This document shows positions 1-7,784 of a stretch of DNA of 64,000 bases, one piece after another. Numbering within the stretch: position 1 is the stretch's first letter; every line of letters starts with the position of its first letter. The position numbers were made by a program, and so were the translations under genes. Below the pieces are notes generated by a model. The model searched no databases, was not told where the DNA came from, and saw nothing but the letters and a program-made list of their open reading frames with translations. The stretch lies in the NCBI GenBank assembly GCA_964462425.1, contig CAYWYD010000003.1, positions 5,918 to 69,917 of the forward strand. Direction: 5' to 3'. This DNA is from an uncultured Thermoplasmata archaeon. Its GTDB lineage: Archaea > Thermoplasmatota > Thermoplasmata > Halarchaeoplasmatales > Halarchaeoplasmataceae.

Positions 1-105
1 GCCTGTTACGAACCGGAGATAAAGATAGACGAGAGGACCCTAGAACTCCTTCATGACGTGGAGGAGGATCTAGCTTATGCACTAAAAGATATCGGGAGGG
101 CATGA
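1..105 (+). CDS. 3' end of an upstream gene (partial, product unknown)
   Basis: Frame 1 reads ...ACYEPEIKIDERTLELLHDVEEDLAYALKDIGRA followed by TGA at 103-105. GC is host-like. No start codon lies inside the window. Confidence 0.3.
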   Translation, partial: ACYEPEIKIDERTLELLHDVEEDLAYALKDIGRA

Positions 106-184
106 GTTTTCCGTTTCTAAAGGTTTTTTGGCATTCCCTCTAAAGAAAATCTACCTATGGCGATCGTTCATGAATATCTATTTT

Positions 185-475
185 TCAGACAGGTTCGACA
201 GTAGTCTCCAATTCCTTTAAATCCACTTCAATTTTGTCAGCAGTTCTTTTATATTTAAAACAGGTATCATCTTCAACATATTTTCTTTTAACTATATCCA
301 CTGACCTCAGCTTTTCTACCGCTCGATATATTGTTTCTCTACGCGTTTTAGGGTGTTGATTTTGATATTTCTCTAATATATCATTGATCGACATCATCTC
401 ATCATCTAAAATATTCAGTATATTTAATCTGGTCTCAGAATCTAGAACTGACGTGATATCAATTATATCCTCCAT
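185..475 (-). CDS. Small winged-helix (wHTH) transcriptional regulator, ArsR/MarR/TrmB-like
   Basis: 96-aa ORF containing ...MSINDILEKYQNQHPKTRRETIYRAVEKLRSVDIVKRK..., which reads as a recognition helix plus wing. It is AT-rich like the adjacent R-M genes. It sits divergent to the 592..1617 ORF, 116 bp away. Confidence 0.5.
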   Translation of the reverse strand: MEDIIDITSVLDSETRLNILNILDDEMMSINDILEKYQNQHPKTRRETIYRAVEKLRSVDIVKRKYVEDDTCFKYKRTADKIEVDLKELETTVEPV

Positions 476-591
476 AGGTTAACACTTCCATAATATCTTT
501 TGAACCGGACAGATACATATCTTCGTAATATATTGTAAAGCTACGTAACAAATACATAAATAAATTTTTTCCTAATCTTTCTGAGATAATT

Positions 592-1617
592 ATGGGAAAA
601 CATGAAAGAAAAGATGTCCAGATCGCAGAGAATATTGTAAAAGATCTAGTCAATGGAAACAAAATAGACTCTCACCAAAAACAACATAAATTGTATGAAT
701 TATCTACCGACCTAGCTGAAAGGATAAAACGTGATTTTCCCGATCTCTCCTATTGTGAAACGGTGGGTAACACATATGGAAACCTCGGCGACCTTAAATT
801 AGATATCCAAGGACGAGATTGTATATATATAGAGCTGAAATTTTTGAGCGGAGGAAGGGGTACGAGAGCAAATATTGGCCAAAATACACTAACCGATTTC
901 GATCTATTTGAATCAAAGGCCAAATCTTGGCAAGAATTTCGAAAGGAAGAAAATCATATTACATGGGTAAAGAGGGAATTGAACAAATTTGAGGATTACC
1001 CAGAAAATATAAAGAATACTAGTGGTAAAAAAACTATAATTTATAAAAAGGCCGGATATCTAAAGGATGTGATAGGGACTAGACGTGGTAAAGAAACCAA
1101 AAAAGTGGCTAAAAATGTATTAAACGATCCAAAATCTTCCCAAAAGAAGAAAAAAGCTGCGGAGATTATAATCAACATCGTAGATAAGGCCGAGAAAGAA
1201 AAAAAGGATTATCTCAACTATCTATCTGAACTGGATCAAAATCATGAAAATATCAAAAAATTCCTCTTCTTGATTTTATCTGGAAGACATACCACTAAAA
1301 AGCTAGATGAAAAATGGGATCTAGATCTATCAACCATCCTAGATAATCTAAAAAACGATTATTACGTTTATTATGGCTATAAGAATAGAAAGAACAAAAC
1401 GGTAGAAGTGGAAGATACCTCAGAGAAGTTGAAGGAACTACTTGATAAAAGAATATTCATTTCATTTAAAAAAGGCCAGACAAACGTTCTTATATCTTTC
1501 AAAAATGACTCCCAAAAGGAGATCCCAATATTACGAGTGGTTTTTCATTGGAAAAATAAATTCCAGGGTATACAGACCCCCTGTCTTAATGTATTCGATA
1601 GCACTTATTTAAAATGA
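592..1617 (+). CDS. Candidate type II restriction endonuclease (PD-(D/E)XK fold), partner of the adjacent methyltransferase
   Basis: Lysine-rich 341-aa ORF. The PD-(D/E)XK signature is present as GDLKLD...(13 aa)...IELK. It is convergent with, and 15 bp from, the N6-adenine MTase. Local GC is about 33%. Confidence 0.45.
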   Translation: MGKHERKDVQIAENIVKDLVNGNKIDSHQKQHKLYELSTDLAERIKRDFPDLSYCETVGNTYGNLGDLKLDIQGRDCIYIELKFLSGGRGTRANIGQNTLTDFDLFESKAKSWQEFRKEENHITWVKRELNKFEDYPENIKNTSGKKTIIYKKAGYLKDVIGTRRGKETKKVAKNVLNDPKSSQKKKKAAEIIINIVDKAEKEKKDYLNYLSELDQNHENIKKFLFLILSGRHTTKKLDEKWDLDLSTILDNLKNDYYVYYGYKNRKNKTVEVEDTSEKLKELLDKRIFISFKKGQTNVLISFKNDSQKEIPILRVVFHWKNKFQGIQTPCLNVFDSTYLK

Positions 1618-1632
1618 ATTTCCACTTGTATT

Positions 1633-2895
1633 TCAAGCCTCTAAATCAAATGGAAACAATCGTTCTAATTCGGTTTTAGAAAGTTGGGTGTTCCCAGTGA
1701 TGCTCTGCACCACTTCGATTTTATCATTCGAATTCAGTTGATCTAAAATATCTTTTAGATCTAGATTTTGCGTGTCTATAGAGCCGTCTTCAAAAAATCT
1801 CGCTTGTTTGCCCTTTGGTGGAAAGATAACATTTACGTGGTTCTCTCCGATAAATTTCATCCCCTCCGGTATTAAAGCGGCTCTAACTTTTCCTGATCCA
1901 GGTTTACCCACTACTCTATTGACCACTATAGCGGGACCCACGCTAGGGTCATCTATATCGACATACTGCGGTTTTTCATGGTTTTCAAGCTCAAGGCCGT
2001 CTTCAGTTATGTTGTGAGACCAAATTATCGGGATATTACCCTCCTTTTGATCAGTTAATTTATCTTTATTTTGATTCCAAACAAGTCTTCCAGTTTTGAC
2101 AGTATACCCCATCTCTCTAAGAGATATTTTATCCTCAAACTTCTTTTCTAGATACTCAGCGTCCTCACTGAATATCATTATCTCATTTTTTCTAAAAACG
2201 TAATCACCATGGTTTTTTCCCTTCTTCAATATCAATAACATAGTAGATTGCTGAGCATTGTGGAACAATTCAGCATCCTTGAGTATGTGTAAATATTCTA
2301 TATTACAATTATTTATTATATATTCCCGGAGTTTGGAAAAATACGCTCCATTATTCATCGAGGGAGGGTTTACAAAGGCCAGGTATCCTCCTTCCTTTAG
2401 TAATTTTATCCCCTGATATATGAATAATCCATATATATTCAATCTCCCGTTTATCACTTCTTCATACTTCTTCTTTATTCCTTCATCCGGGCTAAATTCG
2501 TAATAAGGTGGATTTCCTATTATCAAATCGAATTTATCTCGAACCTCTCTTTTTAGAGTATCTGTTTTTTTTATCTCGGCTTCAGGCACAACTTCTCGAG
2601 ATATATTTACCATCTTTTCGTCTATATCCCACCCGTAGAGCTCCGGGGAGTTAAATCGGTCCTTAACGGACAGGAGAAATTCGCCCGTACCGCATCCAGG
2701 ATCTAGAACTTTCAGACCGTTCTTATTCAAAAACTCATCTGGCAATTGATCGATAAGTTTTCTTCGTATTTTTTTAGGTGTGAAATATTGTCCGAGGTTC
2801 TTCCTTCGGTCTAAATCTTCCTTCTCGATATATTCTAATGTTTCGGACCTAAATTGATCCAAATCCTTTTTAGATTTTTCAGTACGCATTGCCAC
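1633..2895 (-). CDS. Site-specific DNA N6-adenine methyltransferase (gamma class, TaqI/Eco57I-like)
   Basis: AdoMet motif I is VLDPGCGTGEFL and catalytic motif IV is IIGNPPYY, in the gamma-class order. A target-recognition domain is expected in the C-terminal half. The start is probably GTG at 2895 or ATG at 2889. Confidence 0.8.
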   Translation of the reverse strand: MAMRTEKSKKDLDQFRSETLEYIEKEDLDRRKNLGQYFTPKKIRRKLIDQLPDEFLNKNGLKVLDPGCGTGEFLLSVKDRFNSPELYGWDIDEKMVNISREVVPEAEIKKTDTLKREVRDKFDLIIGNPPYYEFSPDEGIKKKYEEVINGRLNIYGLFIYQGIKLLKEGGYLAFVNPPSMNNGAYFSKLREYIINNCNIEYLHILKDAELFHNAQQSTMLLILKKGKNHGDYVFRKNEIMIFSEDAEYLEKKFEDKISLREMGYTVKTGRLVWNQNKDKLTDQKEGNIPIIWSHNITEDGLELENHEKPQYVDIDDPSVGPAIVVNRVVGKPGSGKVRAALIPEGMKFIGENHVNVIFPPKGKQARFFEDGSIDTQNLDLKDILDQLNSNDKIEVVQSITGNTQLSKTELERLFPFDLEA

Positions 2896-3344
2896 CCACC
2901 TTTATTATACTTATTTTATTTAAAGGGCTTTGACCTTCAGCGCCGTTCGTTTTACTCTTTACCGCCTCTGAAATAGTTACTTTAAAACTTTTGACCAAAT
3001 CCCACTGATCTCCGGCGAAAATGAGTTGAACTTTTTTTGTGTTTGCCATGTATATCAAAGCAATCTTGATAGATTAATTACATAGATTTATAGCTTTTGT
3101 AAAAAGGTATCGATCTTAGTACCCATCGATTGCTCAGGAACATCCATAGCCAAGGATCTTTAATCTTCCTGTAGATGTCTGTATGTACTTCTAGACCATA
3201 AGATAATGCTTCAAGTGAAAGTTGGGCTATAACAGATGAACGGTGATTTTCTCCTCATAACTTTAGAATAGCACCAAGAAAAGAGAGCTTTTTCAGCACA
3301 AATTATTTAGAGATTTAAGAGAGATATATACAGGGAAGATAAAA

Positions 3345-3608
3345 ATGGCGACCGGTAGTAGGGTCTCAAGAATATTCTTTATACTTTTAGGTTCAAGCTT
3401 ACTTGTCAGTCTCCTCATCTATGTGATACCAGGATCCATCTTCATAGCGGATTATCTGAAGTTCATAACGCTTATCCTCTTTGCTGGGACCGGAGTGTTG
3501 TCGATCTTCTTCGTGACGGAACAGTTGATACCCGGGTCCGGGACCATGATGTCCGACAAAGAAAAGGCGGATTCTAGACCAGCGGATGAAAAGATTAAGG
3601 TGGGCTAG
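3345..3608 (+). CDS. Small membrane protein (2 predicted TM helices). The same frame continues past TAG 3606-3608 to 3776, encoding a C4 zinc ribbon.
   Basis: The hydrophobic stretches are FFILLGSSLLVSLLIYVIPGSIF and ITLILFAGTGVLSIFFV. The continuation after the in-frame TAG reads ...KKCDECGTELEYKEDYQSYYCPNCRT and contains no ATG, GTG or TTG. Confidence 0.3.
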   Translation: MATGSRVSRIFFILLGSSLLVSLLIYVIPGSIFIADYLKFITLILFAGTGVLSIFFVTEQLIPGSGTMMSDKEKADSRPADEKIKVG

Positions 3609-3787
3609 AAAACTAAAGCGGGAACACGAAAAACTCCGATTTCTACACAGAAGAGCGAAGGTCTCTTTTCTAAATTCAACCCGTTCGCCGGGAAAAAGAA
3701 GTGCGACGAATGCGGAACGGAGTTGGAGTACAAGGAAGATTATCAAAGTTATTACTGCCCCAACTGTCGGACTTAAAAGGAGAATAG

Positions 3788-4015
3788 TCCTCGATTATCA
3801 CGTCGAAAAAGGGTACAGATATAGAGGTACACAAAGCGATAGGATACACGATTACCGACGAGAAGATAGTAGGCAGCATCCACATAGCTCTTGGTGAGAA
3901 CAAGATGTTCGGCGGTGAGAACGACTCGTTTCTACACTGGGACCTGGTCATGCTCGATCCGTCCTTCGAAGTTAACGGGGAAAAGGTCATAGACACCGGT
4001 CAACACCCGGTCTGA
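3788..4015 (+). pseudogene. C-terminal remnant of an M29-family aminopeptidase (aminopeptidase T/AmpS/PepS-like). The N-terminal ~300 codons are absent.
   Basis: Frame 2 reads, directly after a TAG, SSIITSKKGTDIEVHKAIGYTITDEKIVGSIHIALGENKMFGGENDSFLHWDLVMLDPSFEVNGEKVIDTGQHPV*. This matches the conserved M29 C-terminus (...FDEKIGGTVHLALG...SAxHWDxV...VDG...). No start codon is present. Upstream lies the AT-rich R-M island. Confidence 0.45.
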
Positions 4016-4069
4016 GGTCTAGGCCCAACACAAAGTTTTTACCTCCGCCGCTCTCTATATTCAAATACC

Positions 4070-4801
4070 ATGGATCGAGAAGTGCTCAAAGACTATATCC
4101 GCGAGAGGGTGGATTTTTCACAGACCGACCAGAAAAAAGGCGTTCCCATGCCTCCGGTCCAGAAAGAACCTCCCGAAGAAGCGGAACTGGTTGATCTTCC
4201 GGACCCGGAAAGTCTTGACATAAACATCGGACTCAGCGAAGCTATCTCGAACAGGGAGTCGAGGCGCTCTTTTACGAACGATCCTCTGGAACTAACGGAA
4301 CTGTCATTTCTTCTGGGGGCGACCCAAGGCGTGCGTGAGACGACCGACTCAGGACGCGTTTACAGGGTCGTACCTTCGGCGGGAAATCGTCACGCTCTAG
4401 AGACCTACACAGCCGCGTTCGATGTTAATGAGCTAAACGAAGGGATCTACAGGTATCTACCTTTAGACCATAAACTGGTAAAAGTGATAGAATATGAAGA
4501 TATGGAGGACAAAGTCACACGAGCCGCGAGGGGACAATCCTTCGTCGGGAACTGCGCCGCGACCTTCATCTGGACCACTGTACCGTACAGGATGGAGTGG
4601 CGGTACGGAGAAGCCTCCTACAAGGTCATCGCTATAGACGCGGGTCACGTCTGCCAGAACTTGTACATCGCCGCGGAAGCTATAGAGGCGGGAACTTGTG
4701 CTATAGCTGCCTACGATCAGGACCTGATGGATTCCCTGCTCGAAGTCGACGGAAAAGACGAATTCACCATCTATCTGGCGCCGGTGGGTAAGATACCCTG
4801 A
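4070..4801 (+). CDS. Nitroreductase-family protein (SagB-type dehydrogenase domain)
   Basis: RESRRSF...PSAGNRHALETY...GIYRY...VIAIDAGHVCQNLYIAAEAIEAGTCAI is typical of the NADH oxidase/nitroreductase fold of SagB/ThcOx-like proteins. Confidence 0.6.
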   Translation: MDREVLKDYIRERVDFSQTDQKKGVPMPPVQKEPPEEAELVDLPDPESLDINIGLSEAISNRESRRSFTNDPLELTELSFLLGATQGVRETTDSGRVYRVVPSAGNRHALETYTAAFDVNELNEGIYRYLPLDHKLVKVIEYEDMEDKVTRAARGQSFVGNCAATFIWTTVPYRMEWRYGEASYKVIAIDAGHVCQNLYIAAEAIEAGTCAIAAYDQDLMDSLLEVDGKDEFTIYLAPVGKIP

Positions 4802-4961
4802 TCCTCACCAGGGAAAGAGTTAATTATCTCGAATCACATAACTTTTAATGGGAGTGGTCAGAGGATAGATAGGTCGTACCTTACACGTTAAAGTGTAGAA
4901 CGGCCTCCTTGTGAATCTTTCGGGGCATCTATTTCTATATTCTGGCCTTCTGGTGAGATAT

Positions 4962-5804
4962 ATGGAGTTGAAAGGTAAAACATGTATGGTCACCGGTGCT
5001 AATTCCGGGATCGGTAATCGCACTGCTGAAAGGTTCGCGGACAGAGGGGCTCAAGTGGTGATGGTCTGTAGAAACGATGAACGGTGCGAGAAGGCCAGAA
5101 AGGAGATCGTCCAAAGAACGCAAAACGGGGATGTACAACTCCTACTCTGCGATCTATCGTCGATGCGCTCCGTTAGACTGGCTGTCAAAACGTTCAAAGA
5201 GAAGTTCAGCAGTTTACACGTGCTCGTGAACAACGCAGGCATGATCTCTTCAGAGAGGAAGATCACGGACGAAGATTACGAAAAAACGTTCGCGACCAAC
5301 TATCTCGGCCACTTCCTCCTCACCTATCTTTTGATCCCCGCCATGAAAGACGCTAAAGCCGAGATAATCAACGTTACCTCCGCAGCTCATAAAAACGCGA
5401 ACCTCGATTTTAACGACCTTCAGCTAAAGGAGCCTTCCAACTTCGGCAGTTGGAGGGCCTATGCCAACTCAAAATTGGCACAGGTGATGTTCACTTATAC
5501 CCTGTCCAAAAAACTGAAGAGATATCAGATATCGGTGAACAGCTTTCATCCTGGGGTCGTGAACTCTCAATTCGGGAACGGGACTCTTTTGACAAAGATC
5601 TTCTACACGTTGTTTTTCTTTTTGATGAGAGACCCCGACGATTCCGCGGAAGATATCGTTAACATCATCACTGATCCTAAATTTGAAGGCGTGACCGGGA
5701 AGTATTTCTCCAAGAGAAAGATAAAAGAGCCCTCTAAAGACGCTCACGATTTAAAGGTGCGTAGGAAGCTTTGGAAAGAGAGTAAGAGGTTGGTAGGAGT
5801 GTAG
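4962..5804 (+). CDS. Short-chain dehydrogenase/reductase (SDR, retinol-dehydrogenase-like)
   Basis: The Rossmann motif is GKTCMVTGANSGIG, NNAG is present, and the catalytic motif is YANSK (YxxxK). The start was moved to the in-frame ATG at 4962 (MELKGK...). The track ORF begins at 4911. Confidence 0.8.
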   Translation: MELKGKTCMVTGANSGIGNRTAERFADRGAQVVMVCRNDERCEKARKEIVQRTQNGDVQLLLCDLSSMRSVRLAVKTFKEKFSSLHVLVNNAGMISSERKITDEDYEKTFATNYLGHFLLTYLLIPAMKDAKAEIINVTSAAHKNANLDFNDLQLKEPSNFGSWRAYANSKLAQVMFTYTLSKKLKRYQISVNSFHPGVVNSQFGNGTLLTKIFYTLFFFLMRDPDDSAEDIVNIITDPKFEGVTGKYFSKRKIKEPSKDAHDLKVRRKLWKESKRLVGV

Positions 5805-5823
5805 AAGGCTGTCACCTTCAACT

Positions 5824-6927
5824 CTAGTCCTCGAATTCATAGAGCAGATCCTTAGCTAGGGAATTTTCGAAATAATTGAAATAAACGAACGTGATGAAGA
5901 ATGTATTAACGAGAAAACCCGCGAAGTAGAAAAGGAACGAATATAACAATAATTCAGGATCAAAAGTCCTCACGGCTAGTCTCAGAAAAAGCAGGATCGT
6001 CCCGAGGGTCAGGATCAAGCCCAACAACCTCGACCGAGCGCCCTCGAAGAGGTAGAAATCCGCAGCGGGTCCCGGGATCTTCACTCCAAGTCTCCAGAAT
6101 ATGAAAAGAGGGATCACTATAACCGGAATAAAGTACGAAGCGGCGGAAGCTAAAGCAAAAAGTTCACTCAATGATCTTTCAGCGAGGAGCAGAGGATTCA
6201 AACTTATGTATATCGCGATAACCACCGCTAGTATGGACTCTAAAAAGAAGGCCCTCCAGAAATTTTTCCGAGGAAATCTGTCTTTAAAGGCTTTTTTCTC
6301 GATCGTTATCTTTCCGGTATCCAATGCTTTAGGGATATGGAAGATCCAACTCAGTAAATCATGATAAGCCGTTTTCAGAAACTCCTCATCATCCTCCCTC
6401 GTTCCGGTCGTTCTTCTTATATCCTTGAAGATGTGGGGGAAGTACTTCCTCTGGAAGAGCACTATCACGCTGACGAGCCCGAAGCTTTGAAGAAGTAGAA
6501 AAAAGAATCCGATCAGATAAGAAAATAAGAAGAGGAAAAAGATCATGACGGGCATCAAAAACGAACCGACGCTCGGGATGTAATCCCGGAATATAGGGAG
6601 TAGAAAGGGGCTGTAGAGGGAGTAACCAACCACTAAAGTGAGAACCGTCAAGAAGAAAGAGATACCCAGCAAAGCCTTCAACACGTCTTTAGTACTTATG
6701 ATGCCGTATTTCCCGTAAAATCGCAGCGAGAAAACCCCGGTCACTAAAAATATCGTAACTAGGCCGTTCAAGATAGGGTTGACTAGATTGAATATATCCC
6801 CGTCCCAGTTAGTTATCAAGATGTATATGATCCAAACAACAAATATCAGGCCAAGACCGGATAACAGTTTACGGATTCTATCGTCGTGTTTTCTTTGCTC
6901 TTTGGTTGACCGTGATCCCTCACCCAT
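5824..6927 (-). CDS. Polytopic membrane protein, function unknown
   Basis: 367 aa with at least 8 hydrophobic segments and no recognisable motif. Confidence 0.4.
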   Translation of the reverse strand: MGEGSRSTKEQRKHDDRIRKLLSGLGLIFVVWIIYILITNWDGDIFNLVNPILNGLVTIFLVTGVFSLRFYGKYGIISTKDVLKALLGISFFLTVLTLVVGYSLYSPFLLPIFRDYIPSVGSFLMPVMIFFLFLFSYLIGFFFLLLQSFGLVSVIVLFQRKYFPHIFKDIRRTTGTREDDEEFLKTAYHDLLSWIFHIPKALDTGKITIEKKAFKDRFPRKNFWRAFFLESILAVVIAIYISLNPLLLAERSLSELFALASAASYFIPVIVIPLFIFWRLGVKIPGPAADFYLFEGARSRLLGLILTLGTILLFLRLAVRTFDPELLLYSFLFYFAGFLVNTFFITFVYFNYFENSLAKDLLYEFED

Positions 6928-7032
6928 GTTCTCATCGAGGGTATGGTCGAGGATTCCTTTTATATTTTATTGAATCCGTCCGCGAGCGATTCTCTTATCA
7001 TCTTAAAAAGAAGAAAAAACAAAGATCCGTAC

Positions 7033-7365
7033 TCACTGCTGTTCGTCCTCTTCGGTGCCTTCACCCATTTCTTCGTCCTCGGTAGTTGAGTCCTCTTGAA
7101 GAGCGTCCTCTTCTTCCGCCGCTCTTCTTCTCCTCCAAAATACGATCGCTAGAAGTGATAATAGGATCACTATACCGATCCCGATCAACCACCAGTAGTC
7201 TACATGCCCACTTTCACCTCGAGTGTCATCCTTTTCATCTCCTTCGTCGAGCACACTACAGACCACTCCGTCGGAGGCATCACCGCTGGCGATTTCAACC
7301 GTATACTCGCCGGTTTCTACCCCGGAAGTGTTCCATTTGAACTCTCCCTGATGAGTGTTGATCAC
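7033..7365 (-). CDS. Small surface-anchored protein: short Ig/FN3-like ectodomain fragment, TM helix, poly-Arg stop-transfer, acidic tail
   Basis: GEYTVEIASGDASDG resembles the DGEYTVEVKAV repeats of the 2079-aa protein. It is followed by WWLIGIGIVILLSLLAIVFWRRRR and then an E/D-rich tail. Confidence 0.35.
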   Translation of the reverse strand: MINTHQGEFKWNTSGVETGEYTVEIASGDASDGVVCSVLDEGDEKDDTRGESGHVDYWWLIGIGIVILLSLLAIVFWRRRRAAEEEDALQEDSTTEDEEMGEGTEEDEQQ

Positions 7366-7784
7366 TCCAAGGGTGAGACTTTCATATACCGTCTCTTCGG
7401 ATCTCTACCATAATCGGTGCACGGCCATGTTGTCCCAAATGTCTAGATATTATTGTCGTTCAGATCATAAAAATCACCGCTGTAGGAAGTTATATTCTCC
7501 CAGTTGACGCCCTCTTAAGGTGAGCTGAAAAATCGTTCCGATGTATTCGATGAGGTGGACGGTATCTTTTCAGCACGGGATAGAGGAAGGTCCCGATCTC
7601 GAAGGCGATTCTAGTGTGAAGGGCGAAGAACGTTCCCCGCTATCCCGGATACCGCCGCCCACCCATTTTTCATCTTAGATTTTCAAGTTACCGGATATAC
7701 GATAATACTTAAGTAAAGAAGACCGTTATCGAACCGCATGGAGGACGGACCCGGCTAGTCCGAGTGCTTTGAATAAAAAGGGAA

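Noticed and set aside
459-662. 67-aa minus-strand ORF overlapping the wHTH gene and the endonuclease start
   Set aside because: It overlaps two better-supported genes, and its sequence is low-complexity and hydrophobic. It is probably a spurious antisense ORF.
1772-2017. Short ORFs antisense to large, well-supported genes, as a group. Examples are 1772..2017, 17141..17686, 24763..25218, 35933..36580 and 39347..39955.
   Set aside because: They lie opposite the MTase, the response regulator, Cdc48 and the giant S8 protein. Their Ser/Pro/Arg-rich composition is typical of antisense frames, and none has a motif.
2879-3049. 57-aa minus-strand ORF (MANTKKVQLIFAGDQWDLVKSF...) immediately upstream of the methyltransferase. 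It could be a small R-M controller.
   Set aside because: It has no HTH-like features. It overlaps the MTase start in another frame. It lies in AT-rich DNA where random ORFs are common. Evidence is insufficient.
3606-3608. Genome-wide amber (TAG) recoding or pyrrolysine as the explanation for the in-frame TAG
   Set aside because: TAG is used as an ordinary terminator by several well-supported genes in the window (SDR 5802-5804, PQQ protein 9576-9578, PRC protein 12813-12815, DZR protein 22518-22520). No Pyl machinery was seen. A local error, a pseudogene or gene-specific read-through is more likely.
3399-3996. Minus-strand ORFs 3399..3746 and 3676..3996, and plus-strand ORF 3586..3897
   Set aside because: Their translations are Arg/Ser-rich and not protein-like. 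The region is better explained by the plus-strand membrane ORF, the zinc-ribbon continuation and the M29 aminopeptidase remnant in the other frames.
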